A DNA stretch of 60,027 nucleotides, counting the filler, from Catajapyx aquilonaris (taxonomy: Eukaryota), in the NCBI GenBank assembly GCA_000934665.2. It is 2 parts of 2 records of this genome, joined end to end, with 100 filler letters (N's around TTAATTAATTAA, not from the genome) between each part and the next. Parts side by side here need not be neighbours in the genome. Positions count along the whole stretch, not along the records: positions 30,070 to 60,027 come from JYFJ02004710.1; 1 more part is not named here. One strand, written 5' to 3'. The stretch's first letter is position 1. The number at the start of each line of letters is the position of its first letter. A model generated the notes under the pieces. The model saw nothing but the letters and a program-made list of their open reading frames with translations, made no database searches and was not told the DNA's origin. Positions 36,876-50,387 of the stretch are shown piece after piece. The position numbers and the translations under genes are program-made.

Positions 36876-37988
36876 TCTCAGCAACAAAATTTCTATACGT
36901 ACCGTATATCAACTGTGACTAAACGACTAGATGAAAATGAAAGTGGTTATGATCTAGGACTCTATATGCCTACACCAGTGTTGTAGTATAGCAATACCTA
37001 GAGTTATTTTTTCTGAAATCAGCAGTTATCGTCACGAAATTTTCCTATGAATATTTTAAAGACGAAACTACTTTTGTATTGGGTATGAACGAGTTTTTAG
37101 TTATTTATTTGGATGGAAATAAAGCTCCTGAAAAGCTTAGGTATTACCATACAGTAATCGCACTGGCATTTTCATTTTCTTTCAGTAGTAGTTTAAACTT
37201 AACACAATTTGGTGCCGTTGCTTTGATTCCATAATTGTGTACCAGATATTTTCCTTATTTAGAGCTTAAAATACGAAATTATGAAGTTGTGAGGGCAAAA
37301 AAATGAATGCTCCAATAAAACAAATGCCCAAATATAGCCTGAAAATTTACGTCCTGGATGCGAGAACATTTTTGCCATTCAATATACGTATAATATGCAC
37401 ATACTGTATAGTATAGGTGCAAAAAATCATAGTAGGTCTATACCATGTGACACGACCATACTGGTTATAGTATACAATATAAAAACTACGTCTGATCATG
37501 TAGCTCAAATATTTTTTAAAAAAATGACTTAGCAATACAGTTCTTGTTCTCCAACCATTTTTTCTGTCTGGAGATGGGTCCTTCTTCTACTGGGGCCATT
37601 CAATTATTTCCTAATGTAGGGAGTATACAGCTATTTTTGCAGCAAGATAACATACAGACAGGAGCCAGAAAACTAGTCTATACATAATGGTAATTGTTTT
37701 GCATTTCTGGGCAACGTAAAGTCACTCTAGGCCTATAGTATATAGGAACGTAATATGTCTTAAGTAGGCATACGTCATATGGTATTATAGTAGAAACCTC
37801 AATCAGTTAAACAATAGGGCTGACTGAGACGTGCAAAATTGGCATCGCAATACACAGTAGCCTATCCAGCTGCTACTCTGTTGCGCAAAATAATATTTCC
37901 ACTCACTTTGACCATGCAAGTATAAATTAACAATGCGTCTTTGGTAAACCTACGAACATCTTCATAACTCAGAGCATGCTAATGAGTA

Positions 37989-38507
37989 ATGATGAGTCAA
38001 CTTCCTCTCACGGACACCCGCGAAGTTGTAAGAACACATCATCAGTGTAGCTTATCGATATCCGTGCTACATCCCGCCTTGCAATCTTAATCCCATACAG
38101 TCCAATATGTGCATCAGTCTAACACCAAGCATTGTTAGGTCTTTGTCGCAGTGTGTATATCGGCCCTTGTGGTGATCGGTGCCGAAGCGGCGACCAGCAC
38201 CACAGCAGCAGCAACGATGGCCACGACCGCAAAACCAACCCAAACAACCGATGTAAAACGCTTGTTGATCCAGACCCAGGCAACCAGTACCGTACCGCCC
38301 CGAAAGGTTCGTCAGGTAACATCCCAGGAAGACGATCACGATGATCACGACGATCACGATGACTATTTCCCACCGAAACATCGCCCGATGATGGCAGCCC
38401 AACCTATGGCAGATTCCACTACCAGAAAAGTGCCGATGTCAGGAATATACTTGTACAGCGAGGAATCGTCGGAGATGTACAATGTTCCGACCACACGTAC
38501 AGTTTAA
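37989..38507 (+). CDS. Small secreted Thr-rich protein with a (DDH)n tract
   Basis: Main exon 38139-38507 (TTGTTAG|GTC; VFVAVCISALVVIGAEA signal-like stretch). Candidate first exon 37989-38027 (GTT|GTAAGA), less certain. TATAAAT at 37921; AATAAA at 38541. Confidence 0.6.
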
Positions 38508-38758
38508 TTTGGTGTTGTTTTGATGCATAGAGTATACACTAATAAAGTCATTGCATGTGAACAAGTTCCTCATTGCATTCCCCGTTTGAATGGGAAGGTT
38601 CTGGTGTTTGCGAGATGTACCAACAGAGGCCATACCTGCATACAGTCTGAGAATGAGAGTGGGTGATTGCTCTGCCACCACACTAGGTAAACCGAAACTA
38701 CTTGCAGAATATTCTGGGCACAGTTTATACAGTAGTAGTACTGTACAGAACTGTACTT

Positions 38759-40027
38759 GGGTCATTCCATGCCAAGTGAGCATCAGGGGTTATTTGACCG
38801 TCTGGGTTTTTCATTTTAAAAATCATGGATGTTTATATGCAGTACAGTATGTGCGAAGTGCATGTTATTGTGAAAATGCCTTTGACGACTTATGCATACC
38901 CGTAAAATGGGGCTACTTTGTATATCAATTTTTGGTTATTTGGATTAATAACTCCCTTACTATTGCAGTTTCGAACTTTAAAAGATTATGCACAATTTTT
39001 AAACATATTAGCAACACTTTTGCACTATTGTTCCGGCAGTGTAGATTATAGTGCCGACGGCAAGTTGGACTAAAGAAGCCCCATGGTGTGGGGCATAGAT
39101 GGTGTGGAGCTCCTTTAGTCCAGTATGATGACTCCCTTGGAAAAATGTCCATGGTTGAATATTAAACCCCATTGAGTGTAACATTGGTCCAGATAATACA
39201 TACCCCAATATTAAAGACATGTGTACAGTACTTACATCTTGGAGATGTGAGGTCCCTCGGATATAATTCAAATCAGCAGTAGGCTATATTTGTCTGGATA
39301 AGCTGTATTTTTTAATGATATTTCGTCTGAATAATCAAATATATTAGTACAACTGCTACTGGTACTGTACTCATTGGTAATGGCATGGAGACACTTTTTG
39401 AACTCACTGACTGTATACCCAGAGAGTCCAGTTTATCATGGCCATAATGTATACAAGGAGCTTCCTTTGATCCAAGAATATTCTTGACCAAAGTAATCCC
39501 ATCACTTACAACTTTGTTGATTTCTTTTTCTCTCACAATTCCTGATCAGAATTATTTCGTGACTTACATATGCCTGGAACGGCAACTAAATGTACTACAA
39601 ATCCTTGCATGCTAAATGCAGATGATACAGTCTACAAATCCTTGCTCCGGTCTTAGCAGTACGGACTTCTTGAAAACACATGCCAAAGTGAATGGTGGAA
39701 AGTAGACCTCTGCTGGTGGGTTCACCAACTTTGACGTATGACACTTCTACCACAGATGCACCAATATTAAGTGATTCTGACTGTGCTTATTACATGTAGT
39801 TAGTATCATTACCTGCCATCTTATGCATTTTTGAAGTACTTGGTACGTGCTTGGACCAAAGTAGCCCCATTTTACGGTATCTTGCTTCGGTATATGGCAT
39901 GGAAAATATATTACGGTAGCCTACTTGTGTTTTGACTTCCAGTCACTTGCACTATTTTTAAGTCAAAATCCCAGAGGGAGGAGCTACCAAAAAATTCAAT
40001 TTATGATAAGTTGGCATGGAATCACCC
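38759..40027. mobile_element. TIR element (Sola2-like) hosting a pogo-like element
   Basis: GGGTCATTCCATGCCAA / TTGGCATGGAATCACCC; flanks ACTT/ACCT (4 bp, 1 mismatch). Confidence 0.55.
38900..39877. mobile_element. Non-autonomous pogo/Tc1-like element
   Basis: TIR CCGTAAAATGGGGCTACTTTG / CAAAGTAGCCCCATTTTACGG|TA; no intact transposase. Confidence 0.7.
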
Positions 40028-41262
40028 ACCTGCATTCGTAATTATCAAAAATTGCTTAATTACGAATTAATTATGGTAATCAGGTAGGGCGATGGGAGGC
40101 CTTCTCAATTAGCAACAGTGGCCTTAAATGACAATCAACCCCCACAGGTGCGGCCATTGAAATAATAATTTATTGCATAAGCCTTTTAGAGGATTTTGAT
40201 TATTTGACCCTCCTTTTTTAGTGACTGTACGGTGGATTTTCGTGTAGTCCATGCTCATAGAATCAATGGGAAATCTGACACCATCACACCCAGAAAGTGT
40301 AAGTATATCATGTTCCTAAATTGGAACAAGGCTGGCCTTTATTCAGATTACTACTTGTACATGAAGCAGAGATAAAAATATGAATTGCTAATATTGGTTG
40401 TTGGAGAGTGTTGGGAGTGGGAGTCCTGAAGTCCATGTAGGAGGAATCATGACTGCATATTTTTGCTATAGCTTAGATGTAATAAAATGACATAAAAATG
40501 GTGTCAGTACCCTTCTCCTTTACACTCTGAATTGACGTCAGTCTTGAAAATTATGCATGACCATTTCACATACTGACATCCAGAGGTCAAGGTGATGAAG
40601 CCTTTTTTCATTCGGACATTTACAATTCGATGATTCGTTCAGACCTGCATTTATCTGGTGACATGGATGCATTTCTTCAACCTAACATTTGAGTTAATAT
40701 TTTAACTGAAAGATAAGAAGCACTTTATTATCATAATTTGTGATAACACTAATCAGCCCTTTCGGCTGAAATGCACTATTTTGACTGCTCATACAAATTT
40801 TCCTTCTTTCATACGTACTGTACTGTACATTCTTTCATACATACATTTGTACGTACAGCAGTACATTTGTAACTAAATTAGTTGATTTATCCAGAACTTG
40901 AATTTTATTACTCAAGCCTCATATGAAAAACATTTTCCACATGACGTAATTTGAAGCATCATGGAATCATTTCTTGTAGAAAATAGCCTAACCTCATCGA
41001 GTCGGCGCCGGCGTCGTCTCCATTAGAATAAGAACTTGATTGTCATGTGTTTGGATTTGAGGCAAAATTTCATTTTCATTAAATGGCAAGATTTGTAAAA
41101 TGAAAGGTTTCCAATACCGCTTGAAAGTGATGCTTACCAGGATAACTAGTGCACAAGGTGTCGCATAAGTTGTTACTTACTCTCTAAAAAATAGAGTTAA
41201 AAAAACTCAATAAGAGTTAAAATAACTCTTTTAAACCTTGAAAGTGGTCATTACCAAAAATT

Positions 41263-41401
41263 AGTTATAATAACTCTTTCGCTGGAGTTAAACAACTCTT
41301 TTAGTTCATTTCATCCTCCGAAAGAGTTATTCATTCACTCTTTCGGAGGATGAAATGAACTAAAAGAGTTGTTTTAACTCCAGCAAAGAGTTATTATAAC
41401 T
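41263..41401. repeat. ~65-bp-arm palindrome within AGAGTT/AACTCT sub-repeats
   Basis: AGTTATAATAACTCTTT...CATCCTCCGAAAGAGT / ACTCTTTCGGAGGATG...AAAGAGTTATTATAACT; more sub-repeats from 41180. Confidence 0.8.
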
Positions 41402-44400
41402 GCCTAGTTTATTTTACATTAAAAAGACACGGTCGCGATGAAGACATGGGAGTGTCCGAGGCAATGAAAGAATGGCATGCAATATGCGCAAAAGTATGTG
41501 ATTTCAGCTAATTATCTCACTAACGGGGCTTCGGAAACCAAATGACACCACTACATAAAATGATCCCTTGATATTCACGAACTCACCCTAGAAGTTTGTC
41601 TGAATCAGTAAGAAGCTGCTCTTACTTCGCTGTTGTTAAGCATGTAGGCCTACAGTATATGTAAATAGAGCCAACTCCCAAGTTAAACATGGTTCTAAAA
41701 GTTGACAAAATTCCTGATAAGGGCCATAATAGTCATTCTCTAGGAAACCTACTCCAAAACGACAGACCGAAATTGCTCAAATTACATCCCCAGCTCCCAG
41801 ATACACAACGCACGACCCCCAAACTATGACAAGGTGATCCAGAACAGCAGGACATAAATACACGTTGCCTCTACAGCCACACCATGGTTTCAATACCGGA
41901 CAGTGGACCGTATCGCCAGACCGTTTCAGATACAGAGACCCAAACTTGAGTCAGTGATTAGTAGAGGAAAAAGTCCGTCTAATTCGATAATGACCTGCAT
42001 CCGTCTATTCGTGATGGGTGGAGTATGTGGGGTCGGTCAGTGCGGCAGCCTGGAGCCCCACCTTCACGACACTTAACCTGCGTCACGAACGCACGATAGT
42101 TACCCCCCTGGCACAACACAAATCCCTTTTGTCGTCTCAACGGAGACTGCTGACCTCAAGGAGGGTAATCGTTCTTTTTCTGCGTCATTCAATCTGCGTA
42201 GGTAGGACACGATCGAAGGGGGAACAAAAAGGGCATTCGTCTTGTTGCCTGCGAATTCATGCTGGCTGTTTCTAGTTTGGATGACGTAATTGTTACAAGG
42301 TGCAACAATGCCTGGGCAGTCAGTTTTCAAATTGGATTTTGGTAGCTTGTGAAAATGAAAATGAAAATGAAAATAATCGAGAAATGTATTCGAAACTGTT
42401 TCCGTAAGTCATCAGTGTCTGCTTTCTCTGTTGACGAGATAAGATTTGGCGGAGTTTCCTCCTTACAAAGTTTTTCAGAGAAAAAAAAAAAGTGCTTCCG
42501 GTTACTTTCTCACCATGTGTCGGCGCGTGAGAAGTCACATATGGAAGTTAATTATACGTTTTGAACTTGGTTATCGGCTTAATGGGCCAGAAGTAAGACC
42601 ACATCCGGCCTTCACGTTTCGTAACAATGCTTTTCTCTCAATATATGTACAGAGCGGACTGTATTATATGAAAACTGTAATTGACATAATACTTCCAAGG
42701 ATGCAAAATTACGCGGACACAAAAATCGGCATCAACACACTCCACATTTAAAAGGGCACAAAAATATCCACAAATCCATTACACTGCAAGTCCATACTAC
42801 ATCTTTTAAGGACTGGTAAACTGGTCCTGCAGAAAAAGTGATTGCAAATGTATTTTTGATCATAATAATTAGCCAATGCAAATATTTCAGAAATTGGGTG
42901 TAGGTTACTTTTGTAACCTGGTTACAAAATATTTACAAAGCGTAAATATACCTGTTTGTGATGCGTACACAGTGTTCCTGACCCCCCTTTTTTACAAACT
43001 TGTTTAAGAGTAGCCGGTAAGCAGCGTCGCTATTGTCATAGCAATATCGAACATAATAATCATTAGTTATTAGCGATTCCTTTGAAGTGCACAGTATGAT
43101 ATTCCAACTGAAATATCCGCACAGTGCTTAGCAATTTTGTGTCTATAAGGTGCTTATACAAGCAGTTTCTGTGGATTAGTTACTTTTAGTGGCTATCAAA
43201 AGTATGAACTGATAATATCAAGCCGAATTGAATCATCTATCCCATCTCTGAATTGCACTGAACTTCCGATTGAGAGTAGCACATTTGAACAATTTGCATC
43301 TAACATCAATGACAGAACCCATTTTATTACCAGCTAGTTCTAAGAAATCTAATATTAGCAGCTAATACTAATGGTAACCACTGAAACTATTTAAAATCAA
43401 CTGCTTTAAAATGAGCGGAAAATGCTAACCAACAATACTAATTATTGCCAAAAATGGAACAGTATGAAACATGACATTGAGTGACCATGCCCGCCTGCGC
43501 AAAAATCACTTAACATTCACGAAGTGTCCTTTTCCATTAAAACAAACGCGTTGTTGCACGCTCCTTCTGCATATCCGCCTCCCCAAATGGAAATCTTTCG
43601 TGTACTATTCGCCCAAATTGAATGGTGGGCGTTGATGGATTGGGGGCTTCAGGTGTGAATCACCACCAAGCAGTAGCCTTCAGGTAGTCTTTGACCAGGC
43701 TTTCTCGAAACCGGCAAGGGTTCAACAATATACGTACGCTCCATAGGACCACTTTCTTCATCGTGGATCGTGGTCTCAGCAAACATGGAAACGTGTCTCT
43801 CCTGACACATTTAGGGGCCCACCCTTTTTTCTTATCCCATCAAGACGTGATTAAACGGTGGTGGCTCCCTCCAACCACAGCACACACAAAAAAAAATTGA
43901 CGGTATTCGAAGAGGCATCAAGTCCACTGGCATTTTGGGGTCGTTCAAGCCTGACATTCATGCATTGTACGATGGGTACCCATGATGCAGACCTGCTTTT
44001 AATTCTGGACATTTTGAGATCTAATATTCGTAAGGGGCGGCTCTATGTGATGTACAGGAAGTTTAGAATGGCTTGGGGCAGTGTACCTGTACTGAACAGT
44101 GTTATTTGCATTATGAAACATCTCACTGAATCTATAGCAAGTCGTGTGGTGTATGCAAACTAATATTTTACTACGAGGGTGTTCCTCAGAAGAGGGTTGG
44201 AAATGCACTTAATTCAACATAGATATTAATGGAGTGAAAGGGTGACTTCCGGTTCCGGGTAATCTGAAGTGCCATAGGGCACAGCAAGTTTGTTCAGTTT
44301 ATATAGCGACCTTAGAACATAAAAGCGCGTGTAATTAATTTTAAAATTACGATAGAGGAAGGTGTCCGACTGGATGCAAGGTCGGTGTAATATCCTAATC

Positions 44401-47400
44401 ATGCATATCTAAGTACCTTTGACGTCCAATTTTCTCCCATCTATGAGAATGAATCCCAGCAAACGCGGAACCGACTGCGCGCTCCATTATCTCCATATTC
44501 AATCCCTGGAAATGAGTGAAAGGCCACGGCCCTTGACATTGTTGGAAAGCCTGCTCTCAGAAATGAAAACTGGATCGGAATCAACAAGCATACTTGCTAT
44601 GTTGTTTTTTTTCCCATCCAGTTCCAAAATTAGGACGAGGTTACCAGAACACAAGCTACTGTGAAAACTGTGTTTTGTCAACAACACCCTATACTTTCTT
44701 ATGAAATTTTCCGGTGTTATACGAATGTAATCGGCTTCGAAAAGGCAGGTCAACGTTGTACGTTTACGTTTAGGCATGAATGTCTAATGACTGAATAATT
44801 TCTCACTCAGCAGGTACCGTAGAGCGTACCGTGTAATTTTCTCGCCTGTGTAAACGGCGATAACAATCCTCATTTTGAGAGTGGCGCAAATGATTGCAAT
44901 TCTTCCTCCTCCTATTTCATGGGAAAAAACCACACATTTTTTTTTTTGCTGGGATTCTCAAATCAATCCTGAATGAGAATAACGGTTCAATAAAGGGGAA
45001 GACAACATGCCCGTGGACAATGACATAAAATGGTAAGGTCAGGTTTTTATATTGCTTCCTGTAGCGCAAGGTCGTCTGAATATGTGCAAAAAAATTTTAC
45101 TTTAAAGGCCGGTTATAAGAACAAAAATTAGATCAAATCTCCGGTTTTGTGTCCCTACACATAATGCGACATAATCGGAACTTTTTCTTTAATTTGAGTT
45201 GATACAACCGGTACTTACAAGTTAGTTAAAAATGGTGTGTGACGGAAGGGTTTGCATTACATTATTATTTAAAAATTTATTCTGTTTAAAAATCATTATA
45301 CTTCCATGTGGAAATGAAGTGGATGAGAAACTAACACTGGGTACACCACAGTTTTGCTAGAATGAGGACCATTATTTCCTCCAACAATTACAATGTTGTA
45401 AAATGTCATTGCTGCACGCGGGGAATTCCTTAAATATAAATGTCCCTCTCGTTGGTCTTGAGCTGTCATCAGCGTTACCGCCACAAAGTACAGTTTGGAC
45501 TCACGTATGACGCCTGACATTGTAACAATTAAGAACTGACAAAGCATTGCATATTGCTGTCAACAAGTTTATGATAAGAGCTACCAGCAGAAAATTTCAG
45601 TGCAATATGTTGAATATCAGCAATGTTATCACAGACATTTGAAACTTTTTTTTTCATGACAGTGGTGGTTGACAGATGGACATGCACATTGTGAATGCAA
45701 TATGCTCATGAGACTGATAAACAAAACTTTGATCCGTATAGTGTCGCATGAAGATTGAAATAAACCATTACTAAATATCTGGGCCACATTATTTGCTGTA
45801 GGCCTACATTGTGTAAATTATTAAAATAAATCAAAAATACATTTTCATTATGTGCAGACTTTTCTTGAGGCTTTTCTGGACCACAAGCGGTTTCTTACCC
45901 CCTTCTCTTGCAGAAAGTACGTAGACCAAGTCAAGGTTACAGTGTTACGAGTGATCTGGTCTTAGGACAAACTTCCATCAAGTCAGCTGAGACAGCAAGC
46001 CCCTTTTATTGCACGATTTCCATCTGTAGAGTAGTATTATGTGAGAGGAGGAGATATTTACAAGTCATGGCTTATAATCATAAATCATAGTAGAGGTAAA
46101 TTTTCTGATTTGCTCTTAACTACAATAACCTCGTATTTTATTGCTGAGAAACTCCACCTAAAGTCGTTATATTTATGTCCCATATTTGACAGCTGAGCCA
46201 GAGTTAATTATAGTAAAGAAACAGAACAGTGTGTGTGGTGTCCTTGGTTGGCGACGTTTTGTCATCTACCATGGTGCCTTGTGACACACCCTGATGGCTG
46301 AACGCCCCTCATTTAGAAATACCCTGAGTTAAGGCCTGGTGTAACTAGCATGTACTGCTTAAGCCATTAATTTTTTCCCCAAAATTGTCCCACCTAATTA
46401 GCGCCTCAACTGATAGGCGTCCGTGTATTTTGGGATATCTTCTCCGTCATGGTCCATTTAATTTCTATTGTTGAAATTGGACATTTCCTTGCTCTGCTCT
46501 GGAAGGAAAAGCTGGCCGGAAATAAGTATTGAGGAGCCGTAGGCTATCTTATCCTCTACAAGCGTAAAATTGGGCACATCCACGCCTCCAATGTCCACAT
46601 CTCGATAGAAAGCTATCCATCTTCACCGACAGTGTTTGCATGCGGATTTTGAATTCCGGAATTATAACACGTGTGGGAACAAGATCAGTTGGGAGAGCGA
46701 ATTCCCAGCTGTGGACCGTGGCCACCACCTCAGGGTATCTTCCACGCCTTCTGGAATCACTTTCCCCTCCAGCCAAACAACACTGCATAAAAGAAAAACA
46801 TTGCAAACTCCCTGCCACCCACTCATTCTTATACTCTCAGCTCATTGGTTAAAAAACAAAAATGGCGACACATGTCAGTACTGTGACGTCATGAATTTCG
46901 GTTGCGTCAATAAACAATATTAGGGGTGGGCTCTACTGGTTGCATCGCAAATTTATTTTCATATATGTATTTGCAAAACGGACTGGTTACGCACGACTGC
47001 CATTCCTCATGGGCTCTGTTCTTGTCCAGTGAATCGGAAACTTTATGATGCGGCGCCTAATGAAATGAAATTGCTTCACTGGTGTTATCAAAAAGCGAGA
47101 CGAGCGGAACATCCTCGCAATCCTTTTGTTTTCGTGCCTTTTTAATAACGCCACTTCTGACCCCAATTGTGCTGGAATTTATGGACGAGGATTTAATTTA
47201 TATGGTTCGTGCTTATCGAGTTCCCGTTTTATTTTCCTTAGTTCAGTCAATGTAATAGTGTGTCGGATATTTTGTCTCTTCCGAATAATTTCTATGGCAT
47301 GTCGATATGGAAAGCAAGGTTGGAACAAAAGGCATTGCGTGTATTTTAAAACACTAACACATGCATGCTCGTGTGATTAGCAGTGTGTCGTTTTATAGCT

Positions 47401-47809
47401 CTGCCCCAGTTCTATCAGATGCGATAAAAAAGATGACGCGAACGTATCAAAGGATGCCAGGAAACAAAAGGAAAATGACACTCCCAGCCCCTCATCGCAC
47501 TAAACAATGTGAAACATGAGAACACTGACAGAAAATGGCCTCAATCATTGGCTAGGTACCACATTCGAGGCACTCTGAAGTGAGGTGACGACGAAGTTGT
47601 GCATGACCGTCATGCTCCACCGATGGGAGAAGGTTTTGAATACCATTTGTTTTATGACAGTCATTAATATTAGCCAGAGATGGTGCTGTGTGGTTCAGTC
47701 AAGGTGCTGTTCACAAGTCCATGAGGTGCTTAAACAATGTCAAAACATGATAATAAAGGCAAAAAATGTCAATTGAATTTATGGATGGAAAAAGTAGGTA
47801 ACTGTAGGC

Positions 47810-47898
47810 TACAGTGTTGGTCATATATCGAGGCAACTGCCAGCGACATTTTCCGAAAATGTCGCTGGCAGTTGCCTCGATATATGACCAACACTGTA
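47810..47898. repeat. Perfect 89-bp palindrome (head-to-head TIR mini-element, TA-flanked)
   Basis: 44-bp arms TACAGTGTTGGTCATATATCGAGGCAACTGCCAGCGACATTTTC with a 1-nt centre. Confidence 0.9.
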
Positions 47899-48909
47899 CT
47901 AGTGGCATTCTGAGAAAATTCTATTGCAGTCTGAATTTGACGCGATCATTAAGAGCCATGACTAATTACATTAATTATTTTAGCTCTATATTTATTCTTT
48001 GACTGAGATATCCTACATCGCTATCTCTTACAAAGTGACACATCCTGATTCTCTTGACGTTCTCTCTCTTGGGCCTGCCTGCGTGTTCAATCAGGTCAAA
48101 TCGCTCGATTACGAGATCTTTAATATAGGTCTCTTGATATTGTGCATTCAGTGACTGACAGTGTTGCAAACGTCACAAATACTCGAAGACCACTGCTCCA
48201 AAACTGGACAACTCAGAGAGACTGTAGTGCATTTTTTCGCAAGATAAATAACAATAACAACAAGCATTGCTGATTGCACTTCAGCATAATTATATATAAC
48301 TATATAAGCAATACTGAAAGTGATGAGCGACGAAAAATTTCCAATTTTAAAAAGTCGTCAAACCTAGAATTTTGCCTCTGGAATATTGCATTTGCCAGAT
48401 TATCACCCTCAAAATTATTATTATACTAATTGGATACCTTCGGCTGGATTAATCATGAAACGTCGCATAGGTTGTTTGGTCGTAAGGGTTACGAACAAAA
48501 ATCCGCACCCAAAAGGCTGCAAACAAGTTATAGAAAGTGACAGAGATGTATTCATCCTAATTTTGGTCGGAAGGTACAGTAGCTGCACACTCATATCGAC
48601 CTGTCAATAATCCCTGACTGGGATAAGGTTATTTTTCACGCCTCTGTTCCTACATATTTTAATGAAAGTGTAACACAATTGCGTGCATTCCAATGGGGAT
48701 TGTCCTATACAGTTAGCCACTTTTATATACTTTTGTACAGTCAAGATTTTCTGCCACAAGAAATATATTGTGGCCAAATTTAATTGACATTTTACAATAT
48801 TGCCAAAATTTACGCAGACTTGCAGTAGACTTACAGAAAGGTAACGTTAGCGAAAACTTGTCCAGCGACGAATTTTTTGTTTTGTTCTGGGGATTATTAT
48901 TAGTATATG

Positions 48910-49146
48910 CAGGGTGTTCCAAGTTCGCGGATCGTTTTTAGCCATCAGTAATAGCGTCCAAAGTAATTATATTTGTGTAGCTTGATGTGCCCCGATCCAG
49001 GTGGCCAATATATTTACAGGTGGTCGAATGTAACAGTGGCTATAGCATGTAGGGCACCTGGACGGGGCACAACAAGCTACACAAAAATAACAGCTTCGAG
49101 CAAGATTTCCTATAACTAAAAGGACTAACATACTTGGAACACCCTG
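48910..49146. mobile_element. Tc1-like MITE, 15-bp TIR
   Basis: CAGGGTGTTCCAAGT / ACTTGGAACACCCTG|TA. Confidence 0.7.
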
Positions 49147-49150
49147 TAGA

Positions 49151-49151
49151 C

Positions 49152-49221
<70 letters not shown>

Positions 49222-49619
49222 CATAATCATAATCATAATCATAATCATAATCATAAGAATAATATTATTATTTGTGGGTAATGCTTTCACCCCTACAGCG
49301 CTACAGGGGTATATCGCATGGACATTTATTATATTTTGAGTTGTTCAAAGTATACATGGTGACTATTTAATGAAAGCCAGGGCCCACGGGCAGGGTGACA
49401 GGAGGGGATGTGCATAGTGCAGTGCATTGTCGGTGCTGTGGTCATTTTGTAAACTCCCCCGAGTGGTTTGTTTTAACTGAGATACCACCCAAGGCGAAGC
49501 CAGAGACGACCTCTAACAAACTCTGCACGAGATGAAGGGGGGAACCCCGGGCGGGATTTGATCCCGGGACCTTAACATCCGTGGGCGCATACGTTACAGC
49601 AGCGCCACTTCGCCTCCCT
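49151..49619 (-). mobile_element. tRNA-derived SINE, same family as 23983-24396
   Basis: Homologous head and body (GCACGAGATGAA, GATCCCGGGACC, GCAGCGCCACT); (TAA)n/(TAATCA)n tail; 9-bp TSD CCCTGTAGA (49142-49150, 49620-49628). Confidence 0.85.
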
Positions 49620-49731
49620 CCCTGTAGAGAGTGTAGACTATTTCTGTCGCATATAGCAAAAATTTGCTAATTGCCGAATATTTTCGAGGAATGGAGATAT
49701 TCCGCTATGCAGCGTACAGGTTTCACTCTAT

Positions 49732-50387
49732 GAGCCTTTTAACGCTACGTCATCACAACAAAGGCGGCCGCCATGTTGGTTGGGTAAAACCCCTATCCCA
49801 CCCGTGTTGTTGGCATGGGTTTTGAGGTCTGCCGGGGTTTAGGAGCTCTGCTGTGGCCCGTGGTTGGCCCGTGGCCTACCTACGGGGCTCCCCGACATGG
49901 CCCGCTCTTTGGAACCACTGCCGCACTACGCGAAAAGGCTTACTACGGGAGAAACAAAGAGGGGAGGCGATACGATACTCGATACGATACTCTCGTGGGT
50001 AAATGATCGCTCCTGCCCGTGTTGTTGGCAGTGTTTGTGCCGGTGTGTGAGGTTCGCCGGGGTTAATTAGTCACACTGCAACTTCCAGCAGGGAAATAAA
50101 CACGGGAAATGGTTACTTTGTGCAAAGTGTGAGCGCCGCAAATCCGTCGATGTTTGGTGGGTTACCAACTTTTCTCGACCTTCTCCACTCTCCTGACGGC
50201 GGCCAACAATCTGGCCCTCCCCTCCACATCAATTTGGAACCGAAAAGAAGGCCGGCGTGGCTTACTTACTCGAGATATTGTTTCAGAAATAACCCGCTCA
50301 GCATGCCGCCATGCTGGTTCTGCCCAACCAACATGGCCGCCGCGAAAAAAAAAAAAGGTAAACAAATACGTCACGGCTAAAAGGTCC
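49732..50387. mobile_element. ISL2EU-like deletion derivative with a THAP-domain relic
   Basis: AT|GAGCCTTTT ... AAAAGGTCC|AT termini; subterminal GCCATGTTGGTTGGG / CCCAACCAACATGGC. Minus strand from 50312: MAAC*..., FRFQID..GRARLLAAVRR, W*PTKHRRICGAH. Confidence 0.65.

Noticed and set aside
44499..44777. Minus ORF beginning MPKRK as a transposase relic
   Set aside because: No recognisable domain or TIRs.
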